Below, piece by piece: positions 1 through 13,353 of a DNA stretch of 64,000 nucleotides (position 1 is its first letter; the number at the start of each line of letters is the position of its first letter). The stretch is from Vicugna vicugna. Taxonomy: Eukaryota. Below the pieces are notes generated by a model. It saw nothing but the letters and a program-made list of their open reading frames with translations, ran no database searches and was not told the DNA's origin. Where the stretch lies: the NCBI GenBank assembly GCA_013265495.1, contig MU058781.1, positions 2,706,158 through 2,770,157 of the forward strand. The letters are read 5' to 3'. Made by a program: the position numbers and the translations under genes.

Positions 1-594
1 AATGGAGATAAGATTTTCTTTTCCTTTCTTTCTTTTTTAAAAATTTTATTATTCAGACTTTTAAATCCTCTCCCTCCATGCTTCCTCTACAGTAACCAGC
101 AAGACAAGTAAAATGTGTGAAGCAGCTCTCCTAGGGCTTGAGAGTCAGTAGTAAATTAAGTTGGAAGGTTCCTACGAAGTAAATATTTTTCAAGCACGTA
201 GAGAAAAGACTGACTAAGTCTTAAGGCCGATGCTAACTTGAGGGGTGAACTGGTGGCACAGCCAGTCGTGCTTCCTCCTGCTTTTCCAGTAAAAGTGTGG
301 TTTCTGGAAGCCCACTTAGGACAGATTTCTCTCTTCACACTAACAGCCAGGCAGAGCTTTGATCTCAGGGCTCCAAGGACAAGAGGATGCTGGGTGGGGA
401 GAGGTGATCTTGGGTGAAAGGAGTGGGGTCCACTAAAGTGTTTCATTTTGACTCCAGGGACTGGCCTCTTTTGTGATGGAAACCACTGGCTGTAATCCTA
501 TCTGAGCTTCCCCCAAATACTCAAGTTCTCACAACTCTGGGTATTGCACAATGCAGGGGTTCTTTCAGGAAGAAAGAGAAATCTTCAGTCTTCC

Positions 595-690
595 CAGGTG
601 AAAAAGCCGAGGCCCAGAGAGGGAAGTGATCTACCCAAGGTCACGTGGCGAGCTGTAGCATCTCTGTAGCCTGAACCCTTGAGCAGGGCT
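595..690 (-). mobile_element. MIR SINE fragment
   Basis: gaggcccagagagggaagtgatctacccaaggtcac resembles the antisense MIR core (gaggctcagagaggttaagtgacttgcccaaggtcac). Confidence 0.75.
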
Positions 691-2014
691 GTTTCTCTCA
701 AGAGGTACCTGGAGGTCCATGGAGACAGACACTCAAGCAAATCTTAATAGAGGGTTCTGGGCGGTAAAGCAAAATCACTCTTCATAAAAGCTTTGCCTTC
801 CCACCTCACAGATGATGGCTACCATATCCATCCTTTCTATTACTCTCTCAGGAAGATCGATGTGTCTGCAAGCCTTGGTCGTGAACATTTCAGTTGTATG
901 ATATTTGTCTACTACATTATCTTCATGGTACCAAGGCACGGCTGGCAGAAAAATTACCATAATTTACCATGCCTGCCTCCAAATCTGGCTTCATGGAGGG
1001 CTTCACTGATAACCACTGGAAATAGATCCAACACACAGGAAGAAATTACAGTGATGAAAGTGACGGCAGTGGCAGTAGCATCTCCTCAAGCCTTGGGCAA
1101 TGATCAGAGAAAGATCTAGGGCTGGCACCATTGGACAGTGAAAAGAGAAGGGTCTTGGCCTTGGGGGGTCACTGACTGATGGACGTGATGTGTCCCAAGT
1201 GTGACAGGCAGTGTGGCCCCAAAAGGCATCATGTCGGGAATCTGACGTGCAGTTTTACTGGTTCAGTCTCCTGTGTTTCTGCATCTCATTTTTCTCTTTC
1301 AGATTCTGAGTCATCACAGGCTCCCACCCTAAACTGCTGTGGGGCATCTAGGGGTGAAATCTGCAACAGCCATCACTGGCATGGCATAGGCTCCGACCAA
1401 CTGGGATAGCCAGAGCCGTGGAGTGGTTCTTGGTGGCCCCCTAGCTAGGCCAGATGTTACACCTCCGGATGTTGGACTGTGGGAAGATCCGGCAATCCAG
1501 GGAGGGTATGGGCAGCTGGGATGGAATTTCCAGACTTCTTGCTGCTATGACTATTTACAGACCATTATGATAGTATTTCAATGTTGGAAAAACAAATATA
1601 CTGGTACCTGCCCCTGTGCATGTCAGACTTGGAAGCGCCAAAATTCTTGCTAAATTAGTTTCTTTAAAGTTTCACTGAGTGGGACCACACTGTCTGCATG
1701 CCTTCCAAAGTTTCGTCCCATATTTTTCTGTCCTTGTCCCTTTGTGTTCCTGCTGCATCGGCATCCCTCTGTGTGGTCTTCTCACGCTTCATGTTCCTCT
1801 CACTCATGCGCTGATCTCCTTTGGTAGAAGTGGAAATGCTCTAGGGTATTCTTTGTGTCCTTGGAGGTTTTTAGCAGGACAATTTTATGGTTGCCAAAAC
1901 TAGGATTGCCTGAGACCAAGACTTGCTAGGGTCTTAGATCTGCTCTAGGATTTTCAAAAAGGAGCTGCTTGTAAAGTTGGGTCTTGCCCTCTTAGATTAA
2001 CTTTGGAAACTGAA

Positions 2015-2117
2015 AGGGTGGCCAGATAATTTATCATTACAATTGGAACACTTTTGATAGTGCTTGGTGATGCTTTTAGCAATTACCACGGACTGTCATT
2101 GGCAAATAGGACAAGCC
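2015..2117. mobile_element. MER81-like hAT DNA transposon remnant
   Basis: agggtggccagataatttatc...ggaacacttttgatagtg matches the recalled MER81 terminus (tagggtgaccatataatttatc...gggacacttttgagagtg). Confidence 0.6.
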
Positions 2118-2734
2118 TTGAAGGACGTCAGACTTTCAGAACCACCTTGATATCTTAGAGATGACGTGGGCTTTGGCCCTGTTTAAGCAGACTCAATGTC
2201 TTTATCTCTGTATCTGCCGACCAGGCGAGGGCAGAGAACTTTCACCTTCTCTAGTGCCTCCAGCTTTGAGCATGGAATTTCAGGCATAATATATCAATGA
2301 CTTAATAAATGTACAGATAAATTACAGGGTTCAGTAAGAGAGGGGTGAAGGTGATAATGAGATGAGACTTCAGAAGATTCACAAGACCCACTCATAGGGA
2401 TCTCTCTGGAGAGTTTGCATAGCCAAAGTATGCCTTTCTTTACAGGCTCCATTTTAGTGGTAATTGTCACAACTGGGTGAGTTTCTATTTCTTTCTATTC
2501 CAGTTCACCCTGCATATCACCATCATCATAATAATCTTCCCCATGCGCTTCAACCACAATTTCCATGAATGCAGAGTTGGAAAGAACTTAAAAATAATGT
2601 ATGTTATCTCCCCATCTCAAAAAATCTCCCATTGCCATTCTTTGCTTATAGAATAAAAAATGCTATCTACTGAGGCAGGGAGGAAAGAGAAGGACCAGAC
2701 TGACAAGAAAGGTTAGAAGGTGGTATTGTAATTT

Positions 2735-2960
2735 TTGAGCTTTAAATTTTTTATTACAGATATCTTCCAAACACATTCAACATTTGGGAGAATAATATAA
2801 TAAATGCAACATGCCCATCATACAGTTTTCACAGGTGTCAAGGTATGCTTGATCATGTTTCACCTCTACTGACACTCTGCTTTCCCTTCCTGGATTACTT
2901 TGAAGCAACCCCAGGTATCACTGTCATCTCATCTGCAAGTATTTCAATATGGACATAGTG
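2735..2960 (-). mobile_element. old L1 (L1M) 3' end fragment
   Basis: ggattactttgaagcaaccccaggtatca...atctgcaagtatttcaatatg is typical of antisense L1MC/ME 3' UTR. Confidence 0.55.
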
Positions 2961-3097
2961 AATTTGATATGCTTTGTTCAACCAAATAAAATGTGAAATA
3001 GTCAATTGGCTATGTGGGTCTGGGGCTTAGAGGGAATGAACAACCAAGGTTCCCAGACCTCAGGGGACTCATCATCACAAAGGAGACAAACATGTGT

Positions 3098-3320
3098 AAT
3101 AGCTAACATTTATGTAGTGCTTACTGCATGCCAGACATTCCTTTGAGAGGTTTGCTCACATCAACTCATTTCTTCCTTACTATCACCCTGTGAGGTAGGT
3201 ACTTTTCTTTGCCCTATTTTATAGATGAGGGAACTCAGGGAGAGATTAAGTAGTAACTTGTTCAAGGTCAGGCAGCTAATTAAGAGGCAGAGCCTGGTAT
3301 GACCCAGATAAACTGGTGCA
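3098..3320 (-). mobile_element. MIR SINE
   Basis: taatagctaacatttatgtagtgcttactgcatgccagac...ccctgtgaggtaggt...attttatagatgagg...aacttgttcaaggtca. Confidence 0.85.
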
Positions 3321-3493
3321 CTATGCTTTGTGACTAAGAAGAAACAGTGGTAAAGGCTACACTATGGGATGAACAAGTTCTAGGATGGTGTAAAAGTGAC
3401 AGGGACCCATTCTGCCTGGGGGTGGAAACAGAAAGTGTGATGGTTTCAGTGAAGGTTTCTTGGGAAGAATCTCTGAGGAATGGGCTTTGAGCC

Positions 3494-5496
3494 CCTAACT
3501 AAGCAAGATACCACTCAAAAGATTAATAATTCCATCAAAAGTATAGAAGAGTCTCAAGAAAATTCTTCACCTACAGAGGACTTGATAAAAAGAACATAGC
3601 CTAAAGTGCTTATATGATTGATTTACAAGAAAGGTAAGCAGGTATCTATCTCATCAAGAGAAGATTTGTCCCACTAAAATTCAGGAAGGATAATTAAATG
3701 ATACTGAAAATCTTGAAGCATCACAACCATACCTGGATATTGTATCTAATTGATAAAAGTAAATGAATATTATCTTTACAGAGAAAAAAATTCTTCAGAT
3801 GTAACTGTGATGATCCTGACACAATAAACCATGAACATAGTATACCAAGCAATATCGTTAGAACATAAACGGATATATCAAGAATAACAAGTAAAGAGAT
3901 TCTGTAGGTCTAGAGAATGTCTTAAACACCTAGAAGTTAATAGAACTCCACTGATAAGTGATGGGAATCCCAACTGAAAAATCAGTGGCCAGAAGATGCC
4001 AGGTGCAAAATAAGGAAGTGAAATTGTGACCAAATTAATGTTTTAAAAAAACCTCTGAAATTATGACCAATAGCACTATACTTCATTGTCTAATATTCAG
4101 CAAAGCAGCACTAAGACTCAGAAGTAAGGACAGTGATGGCACTGACAATTCTGTAGGAATTTCTCATATTGCACACAATTTCTCAGATACTTATAACATT
4201 TCACCTATGTGAATTTTATCTGATGTGCTAATTAATCAATAAGAACATATCAAATAGATCTAATTATTTCTAGTACCATTCCTTTTACAAAGATGAAAAC
4301 AAACCTTGGTGGGTTTCCAGGGGCCCTCTGGTAATGCACATACATATATATGACATCTTGTACCACGTACAAATCAGAGGCCAAATCATAATGATCCAGA
4401 AATCTAATGAATAGCCATTCATCAACTCAATTTACTATTAGTTTCAAGGTTTCCATTTCCTAAAGGTCTTGCAAATTATCTTCAGGCCGACATGCTGTAA
4501 AACATAATTACTACTGAAATAAAATTTTTCAGAGTAATGATTCAAATGGGTTAACCACAAATTTACATTTCTCACAGTCTTAAGCATTTACCAGAAGTTA
4601 TGCTAGCTTATTCAATCAGTAAATCTGTATAAGTTTAGGAAGAACATATACAAGTAGAATAAAAATCTATGATTATTTAACACTGATAAATCAGAGAAAA
4701 CATAGCTGTTTTTATTAAACCAAAATTATTAAACTAGTACTATTTGCCAAAAATTTACCTAAATAATGTTAACTTACATTCTTAAATTATTTCTGAGTTA
4801 GTTTCTATAAGAATACCTCTTTTTTCCCACAGTGAAAGTATTAGAGATTCAATTTTCTTATTTTCTAGGAATTTAAGGAATAGTCAAGTTATAGAAGTGC
4901 TCATTTATCTCTAGGCCAATCAGACTAGAGCTCCTTTAATTTAAAGACTTTCTAATCTAGCTTATTAATATCACCAGGCGACAGGAAAATATTACACACT
5001 CACAAGGCAAAAAACTTTCTAATTTACAGACATATAAACATATAGACACACACAGAGGGAAAGATTGTAGTTTTCGATTCTAAAATTTCATGGGTCAAGC
5101 ATAAACCCAGAATAAAAAACTCACCAATCCAGATATTCACCTCCGTGTTTGCACAAAACTCTTAGATGATCTGAACTAAAATTAGGCAAAGAGAAGAGAC
5201 TAAAAAGCCAAACTCTCTGATACCTTTCACCCAACAGAAGCAAGACTGCTATAAACCAGCAACTGTTAACAGAGACCATCAAATGGTTAGACCACGAAAC
5301 CAAAAGGAGATGGCATCAGAAATCAAATGAGCGCTCCAAAAAAAATCAAAATCAAACCTTTACTGTGCTACCTCTGGACAAAGGTCCCCAAGTCACCAGT
5401 CAGGAGCACAAAGGGCCCTGGTTAGCTCATTGCTGGGTGGAACGGGAATCTGAAGGTGAGATCCAATTTTATCCAAGTCATTGCATCAAACTGAGA
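3494..5496 (-). mobile_element. ERV1 (MER4-group-like) internal fragment with tRNA-His PBS and no LTR
   Basis: AT-rich non-coding ERV-internal-like sequence; 4895-4935 resembles 18675-18710 inside the other provirus; minus strand of 5471-5488 reads TGATGCAATGACTTGGAT, 14/18 to the tRNA-His PBS TGGTGCCGTGACTCGGAT, preceded by ..CTCA-GTT. Confidence 0.6.
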
Positions 5497-5574
5497 GAGC
5501 CTTTGTTTACCAGGAGAATGTGGGAAGAAAAGGGAGCCAGGTCAGCACAAACGCATGAAGGAAATTAGCCCAAA

Positions 5575-5750
5575 TGTAGTTAAATGGCTAAGAGCATGGT
5601 CATTGGGTTCAGATATACCAGGATTAAAATCATGGATCCATCATTTATATAACCTTTGGAAAGCTATTTTACTCTCCCGAGTGTCCATCTATTCTATATG
5701 TAACATGGAGATCATAAGACCTGCCACACAGTGTGATTGTAAAGATTAAC
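5575..5750 (+). mobile_element. MIR SINE
   Basis: tggctaagagcatgg...tatgtaacatggagatcataagacctgccacacagtgtgattgtaaagattaa follows the MIR consensus order. Confidence 0.7.
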
Positions 5751-6899
5751 GTTCCACATAAAGGAAAACTCCAGAGACCAGACCTCAATACATGAAATAA
5801 AACCTTTGCAGTGTATCTTTAACTTACTTTTCCTGTTTTATCTTCCATCTCCACCTCTACCTTCTATTTTAGGTACTATTTTAGGGCAACTTTCCTCAAA
5901 ATTTTGTGTGCAATAGAATTACTTGTGAAGTTTGCCAAAATGAAGATTTTTAGGTCACAAACCCCAGAAATTATAATCTGGTACATGGTAGGACGCAGAA
6001 AACTTTGCTTTAGCTACATCTGGGTGGTTCCAATGTCGATGAGCTTTAGAGGATAACTGAAAACAATACTAGCCATTAGCCATTCTGTACCCTGGCTGTG
6101 AAATTTGTCTCCACCCTAGGTTTTCATATGCTGTTTTCTCAGTACAGAATGCTCTTTCTTCACAGTTCTGCTAGTGAAATTTTATTTATTCTTCAAGTCT
6201 CCTTTCAAATGTTTTCTTTTGCATGAGGTCTTATTGGACTCCTCAAGGCAAAAGGGCTTTGTCATCTCTCCGCTGGTATTTGATTACAAGTCTAATTCTC
6301 CACTCAGTAGTGAGCTCTTAGAGGGGAGGGATTGGGTCTTATTTATCTCTGTCCTCAACATCTAGAGAAGGCATGCTTTAAATGTCTGGTAATTGAAATG
6401 ACAATCCCAACCCTCTATTTCAAGAATGATTGGACTCTCTGTGTCCTTGGCTATAACCTCATCTATAATCCTGCACTGAGAGTCTTCCAAAGCTTCAGGC
6501 CAGAAGATAGTAAGATCTGTCAAGGCAAAGACTGAAAAAAATATTTGCAATACATATAGTGGATGAAAGACTAGGTATCTCTGGGATACTAGTCTCTAAG
6601 AAATGATGCTAACACATGACAGTGAAAAATCAGAAAAACGGTGCCTGCTAACTCAGCTTTCCACATACAACGCATTTCATTACTGGCAAAATAGACATTT
6701 GTTCTACTACTGCCAAAGTCAATAGTGCTCTTGAGTAGAAATAAAAACCTTCCTAGCATCAACCTAGCTTTGCTATTTTTGTGCATGGGTATGTTACTAT
6801 GGCAATGACAGGCTGCTACTATCTCTGAGTCCAGCCACTTGACAAGCACCCAGAGTCAGCAGTAACAGGCAGCTGACATTGTGAAACCAAATACCGCAT

Positions 6900-7290
6900 G
6901 ATGAGGTCCTCTTTCTAGGGAACAATGTAGTTATATGAGTGTCACTGAACTTCACCTACGAGTGTGAAAAACATTGCTCTCTAGCTTTGGGCAACACAAT
7001 AAGCCATGAAATGGAAGATGATTCCAAATAAGTTTAAAAGATAAATTTAGTAACATGTGATCATAAAGAGCTTTATAACCTCCTGCATAGGAAAGCAGTT
7101 TCAATGTCAGGAGTGTAGAGAGTCCCTCCCTTTGAGGGGTGGTCATGACTAGCAGAGATCCTGAGGGACTTCTGATGTTCTACTTAGTCTGGGTGCTGAA
7201 ATCACAGGTGCCTTGATTTTGGGGGAATTCTTTGGGCCATACATTATGACACGTGCTCTTTTCTGCATGTCTTGTATTTCAAGAAAGCTT
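6900..7290 (+). mobile_element. old L1ME-type 3' end
   Basis: tctgggtgctgaaatcacaggtg...acattatgacacgtgctcttttctgcatgtcttgtatttcaa resembles the L1ME3/4 3' terminus. Confidence 0.55.
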
Positions 7291-8399
7291 ACCTCCCTCT
7301 CCCCAAAAGCAGTTTTATTTTCCTTTTTTTCAATAATAAATGCTCAACAAATATATACAGAATTGTAGTTTTGAGTGGTGCCAGAATTATAGCCTGCTTC
7401 AAGGGGTGTATATGTTATGGTTCCATCCGGGCATCTGATGTGCAATTGCACTTGGTGCAACTCATTTCATTGCAGCACGACTTAGCTTTCATCTTCAGAG
7501 TAAAGGCCTCCTTAGCATTTTTTTTTTTAATAAGGTCCCCATCCTGGCTGCGTACAAAAGGCTCTTCCAGCACCATTGCGGTGCCTTAGATTAGTTTCCT
7601 TGTATGTGTTGCTTGGCTTTGTCTGGTTTTGACGCCATCCTGAAGATGGTAAAATGAGCCAGGTGATTTCATCTCTCGTGGCACACCTTGAGGACATTGC
7701 TTGGGCATGAGCCAGTTTACTGCTCACAGCCCGAGACATTTTTTCCCACGAGCTAGCTCACCTCCCTCTCTCTCACAAAGAAACTTCCTGCATGGGAAAG
7801 GACACATCAGAAAATATGAAGCCTTGTAACTAGTGGGAAACATGCTTGACATTAGAGATGCTGTCTCCACCCCCACCCACTCGACACTGACACATCAACT
7901 CTAATTTCTTACTAATGCTTGGGTTTCGCTCTAAGCTCTCTTTGCCCATGACATCAACACACATATCCGGGAAAAGAAAGGGCATCAGGAAGGACTGGCT
8001 AAGTGTGTAAGTGGTTCTTTGTTGCTGCTGACTGCCTTGAGTAGCTTGCAGAATGTGACTCCTGGATCTCACTGACTGAAGTGGGCTCCCTAGGAGCATG
8101 TTTCCCTTTATCTGTGACCTGAAACCAGGGGTAAGGATGAGCATCACTTGGCAATGTGTGTTTGTCGGCCGACACTTGACTTCGAGACCAAACCAGCATT
8201 TACTTTCTTTTAGTCAATTCCACTGGTCCTTCCATTTGGTCAATTGCATGACTGTCTGACCTAGGACCAGAGGAATTTAGCATCTTTACTAAGCTAGACA
8301 CAGTTGCAGCACCAAAAAGGTTTGTGCCGATGTGCACAGGAAGTAGATGCAAAGAGTCATCCTTGTTGTCAGGTTGCAACAGTGTGGCAGCCAATTGGT

Positions 8400-11300
8400 T
8401 TCAGGAGGTGTGTGTTTTGTTGTCTTCTAGTAAATGTCTTCGGGGACTTTGTCTGTGGTTTGACAATTCAGTTTTTTAATGGTGATTTTGATGATCAGAA
8501 ATTATTGATTTTTATGAAGTCGCACTTAACAATTTCTTCTTTTTATGGTTAGTGCTTTTTATGCCCTGTTTAAGAAATCTTTGCCTTTCCAAAGGTTGTG
8601 ATAGTCTCATAAAATTTCCCCTAGGAGCTTTATAGTTTTAGTTTTTACGTTTAGGTCTAAGATCCATATCAAATTGAATTCTGTGCACGGTATGAAACAG
8701 GAGGATCTTTTTCTCCCTAATTTTCAGGTGTTCAAGCAGGATTATTCAAAGACTTTCATTTCTGTTAGAATGACTTGGTACTTTGCTGAAAATCAATTGG
8801 TACATATGTGTATGCCTAATCCTTGGTTTTCTCTTCTGTTTTAATGATCTGTTTCTGGACTCTCTTCAGTTCCACAGATTAGGATTTCAATTTTTGTAGC
8901 TTTAAAATAAGTAAGTCTTAAAATTGGTTAGTATCAGTCCTCTCACTTTTTTCTTCTTTATCAAGATTGTTTTGATTATTTGAAATCTTCAGGGTTTTTA
9001 TGTTTATCTTAGAATCAGCTTATCACTTTCTTTTAAAATGGCAGCTGGGTTTTTTATTGTAATTGGGTTGACTTATCACCTCACGGAGAATAAGCATCTT
9101 AACATGTTGAGTCTTCAAACTTACAAAAATGGTATGTCTTTCCATTTATATGGCTTAGTTTCTCTTCACACTGTTTTGTAGTTTTCGAAGTGCAGAGATC
9201 TTGCACATCTTTCAATATGTTTATTCCTAGTTACTAACTTTTTTGGTGGTGGTTATAAGTGATGTTTTAAAAATTTTATTTGCCAATTTTTCATTGCTAG
9301 GATATAGTATATAATGTATACTGATTTTGGAACCTGAAGTTTTGCTAAATTCACTTATTAGTTTTAATAATATTTGTGCTGATTCCATAGAGTTTTCCAT
9401 GCACATAATTTTCTTTGAATAATAACAGTTTGATTTATTTCTCTAGAAGCTTTATGCTTTTTATTGTATTAATTTGTCTTATAGAATTGCCACATCTTCT
9501 GGAATATTACTAAATAGAAGTGTTAAGAGTGGACATTCTTGCCTTACTCCCAGTCTCAGAGGGGAAGCATCCAATGTTATTAGGTTGAACAATAGCTTGT
9601 AAATAGATTGAGAAAGTTTTCTTCTATTTCTAGTTTGCTGATAGTTTTTATCTAAATGAATGTTTTATTTTGCCAAGTGCATTTTCTGCAGCTACTGAGA
9701 TAATTTTTTTCTTTATTCTCCTAATATGGCAAATTACCATGATTCACTTTCACATGTTAAACCAATCTTGCATTTCTGGATAAATCCTACTTGGTTATGA
9801 CTTATTTGTTAACTATGACTTGTGTGCTGCTGGATTTTATTTGCTAATATTTCATTAAGGATTTTATATATTTTTTATATCCATATGACTAGAATATAAT
9901 TTTAAAGTCTTTTTTAAAATACCAATATGTATTAAGATCTGGTTATACTATTTTTTCTTTTGCCAATATCTGAATTTTGTTTAAAATTTTTTATTGTTTT
10001 CTTGATTTTTCATACATTTCTTTTTTCATCATTTGAAATATTATTTTAATTTCATTTATACTTATTCAGTTTTGCGAGTTTTTAAAAAAAAATTTTATAC
10101 AATTTTTAAAGGTTACACTCCATTCACGTTATTACAAAATATTGGCTATAGTCATACATTTCTTAATTTTAGATTAATGCCCAACACTGTGCATTAAAAA
10201 GAACAATAGAGACCAAAAATCACTTATTTTCACCTGGGAAAAGGCATGTCTCATCTTCCGTCACACTTAATATAGAGGTTTGGTCCATAACAATTGCGGG
10301 TGAGGTGGGCTGAGCTCTGTTGTTGTCTGTACACCACATGTTTAAAGTTTCCCCAGCAGTGCACTTATACAGCCTCATATTTAGTATAAGCATTGGAGTC
10401 CCAGAAGGTGTCCCTCAGGTGCCCTGTTCTGCCGTCAGACCTCAGAAGTCCCCGTGCCCGGGCACAACAGCGGGAGGGGGTTTTAGAATCCCTCCCCTCC
10501 CCCTGGTGATGGTGATAGACTATACCCTTCCTGGTACTTGGTGTAAAGCCAGGAGAGGGGTTTCTCTGAGTTCTCCTGATCACCTTTATTCCCTCATAGG
10601 CCTTCTGTGCCTCTGGCTTTCTCAGTTATCCTGTCTCTCCCACACAGGCAGACAAAGGTGCCTCACACTTAACTCAGCATCTGGTCTGGAGGACCAGAGA
10701 TTCCAGGATGGATTCTCTTGCTTTGCCGGCTCTGCCCTGAGCCTCAGGCAGGTGCCAAGTACCCACGTTGCAGGAAGGTCCCTCTCTATGCTCTGTTCCC
10801 CTGATACTAAGTGTGAGTTCTGGAGTGTAGGCAGATTTCTTCACTCTCCTGTTTCGCTGTCACATAGGCACGTGGCGTTCTCTAGCGTTCCTCAGAATCC
10901 CCATCCCTTTTCCAGTTGCCGACCCTCGCTCCCTGCAGCTTGGTGTAAGGCCTGGGGGTTGGGGGGGCGGGGCAGTTTCTTGACTCTTCTGCTCTCCCTT
11001 CAGGTTTTGGCGGTCGGTATGCTCTGTCAGTTTCCATTCGCCTTTGGCTCAAATCCTTGAAGGCAGGATCAAGATGTTTCATTCATCTGGGCTTGGCATC
11101 TGAATACCAGTGGGACCTCGGAGATCCTCTTACGCTTTGAAACTCCACTGTCTCTCTGCTTTACAGTCTGGCTGTTGGGTTTTTATATCACACCTTCCCC
11201 TCTGGCCCTGCCCCTGGCTTTTTGCACTTTGTGAGGTCTTTCTCCTCCCTGTGTCCTGCTGTACCATGGAAGGGTTTATCTCAGTTCTCGTGCCCTGATC

Positions 11301-11900
11301 CCAGCCTTCAGCAGGCCACTGTGCTGCTCTTGGCTTTAGAATATCTCAGGGATACATCTTGCGGGGATCCTACCCTGCTTCCAGCCAAAGCCCAGGGTAC
11401 CTTGTTGGGATTCCATCAGCTCTCCTGCCCCATCTCCAGCATTTGGAACCCTCTGACTTGCACTAGTCAAAAGCCCTTTGTATCTCATCTGGGTTCTCTC
11501 GGGACTCTGCCCTGTCTCCCACCGTCTGCACTGTCTCTGTGTACTCTGTGAAGGCCCACAGGAAAGAATGAGGGAGTGAGTCACTCAATTTGTGACTAAA
11601 GATTCATGAGACTCCAGTCCACCATCCCAGCTAACCCATGGGCATCAAAAGTCCATCAAAAGTTCAGCTGACTTCTCACTTCCTCCACAGAAGACTCCTT
11701 CTTTTGGTCAGGGTTTTGGTCAAGGTCTTGGACTTCTCTCTCCTGAAATTCACCTCATTAACGTTTTTTTGCTCCACAGTTCTTCGATAGGTTTCTTAAA
11801 ACTATAATTCCGTAGCTTGTTGGGATGTATTTTGCTGCAAAGGTAGAAACGATCATCTCTTGCTACTTTTTATATCCTAGCAGGAAGCAAATGTCTAAAA
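8400..11900 (-). mobile_element. decayed old L1 (L1M): ORF2 region at about 8400-9950, probable 5' region to about 11900
   Basis: T-rich antisense L1 ORF2 motifs (ttgctgaaaatcaattgg, aatagaagtgttaagagtggacattcttgcctt, ttaaaccaatcttgcatttctggataaatcctacttgg); assignment of the GC-richer 10.3-11.9 kb part is less certain. Confidence 0.7.
10023..10151 (-). mobile_element. short 5'-truncated artiodactyl L1 3' end plus about 55 nt extra sequence, with 13-bp TSD
   Basis: TSD TCATACATTTCTT at 10010-10022 and 10152-10164; tatacaatttttaaaggttacactccatt...acaaaatattggctata is an antisense L1 3' terminus. Confidence 0.7.
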
Positions 11901-12042
11901 ATGACATTCAGAATCATTTGGCAACTGAAATTCTACACCACCCATTAAAAAAAAAGGAATAAAATCAATCTCCGATTCCTAATTTCTCTAAAGTCTTTCT
12001 CTACCCAGCCATCCGGATCACCTTCTGCTGCTCAGTTCTTCT

Positions 12043-12255
12043 CAGTGAGTGATGGTTCACAGTTGGGGATGCTTTTGCCCCACAGGGGACGTTTTTGATT
12101 GTCTTGGCTGAGAGAGGTGAGTGCTATTGGCATCTGTCTGCTGGGTAGAAACCAGGGATACTGCTAAACATCCCACAACGAGTATGACAGCCCTCAGCAA
12201 CAAAGAATTATCTGATCCAAAATGTTAATAATGGTGCTGCAGTTGAGAAACCATG
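12043..12255. mobile_element. MER20 hAT-Charlie DNA transposon
   Basis: ttttgccccacaggggac...tgctattggcatct...gggtagaaaccagggatactgctaaacatcccacaa...caacaaagaattatctgatccaaaatgttaata...gttgagaaacc. Confidence 0.85.
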
Positions 12256-13353
12256 TTTGAAAGGAATATGAACAATTGCCCATAGCAGATTCAGTCATTG
12301 TTTTTCATCAACAAATACTGGTTAACTACCAAGCAACTCAAAAAGGAATGGGAGGGAAAGGAAGAACAGATGCATTTTCTCCCTAATCCTGGGAAGGCAG
12401 TGAGTGGATTTTACACATGGTCACTTCCCCGGTCACAATGACTTGCCGTAGTAGGGTTGGTAATAAAGGTTGATTGAATGAACGCGTGAGTGAGCGAGTG
12501 AATCAGGGAATGAAATTAGATGCCACCTGCCATCTGGTGGATCCTTTCTATGAAGTCTTTCCCTGAGTATTCCAGTGCTTGTCAAAGGACTAGAGCATTG
12601 GAAATTTGTGTCCCAAGAGTTCATACAGCTATGGTCGGCATTTTGAAGTTAACTAGCTCCAGTGTCTCTTCACTTCATTGGGGTGTTCCTGTAGAACCAT
12701 TCCTTCATCTCCACCTTCGTGACTGGCCACTGCTCTGAAGTGCTGTGTTGGGCCCTGAGATAATTAATACATTGGCGATGACACAGACTTTGCCTTTGGA
12801 AGGTCCTTCCGAATATGTGCTCCAAGGAAAAGCATGTCAGTAAAGTCATGTTTGTGAACATAGCTATTCTGAATGCCTAGCCTTAAATACTGTTTAAATC
12901 CCGGAAAGATAGATGACTGACTCTGCTATAGTCTTGAGTCATAAGTTGAACTCACTGGCTGAAACTCAGCATTTTTTAAAAAACCAATTATCAGTAGAAA
13001 CTTATATTTTCCAACATCATTTTGGGGATAAGATGCAAGACTTAAAACCAATTTACTCAGACAGAGTACTATGAGTTAGACTTATGTGGGTTGCTGGCTT
13101 TTATTTTTGTTATTTTCGCTCTAGTTATCTGATGTAAATATTTGAATGGATGATTTATTATTATGCTTGAGTCCTGAGGCTTTTTTACTGAGGCTTCCAT
13201 AGTTAGCGAGGAAATGTTTTTCAAATATATTTTAATTCAAACAATGTAAGTAAATCACATGTGTTTGTGTGGGCATATATCTTTGTGTTCTGTGTTGCCA
13301 TACAACTTTCTCATAGAAAATTTCGGCAGTTTTCCTTTTTCTTTAAAGCTTCG

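Noticed and set aside
3191..3210. TGAGGTAG let-7-like seed
   Set aside because: Part of the MIR consensus; no let-7 mature sequence or hairpin.
10320..11060. Longest ORF in the window (246 aa, TTG start)
   Set aside because: No recognisable domain, S/L/P/C-rich composition, and it lies antisense in a probable old L1 5' region; most likely a chance ORF.
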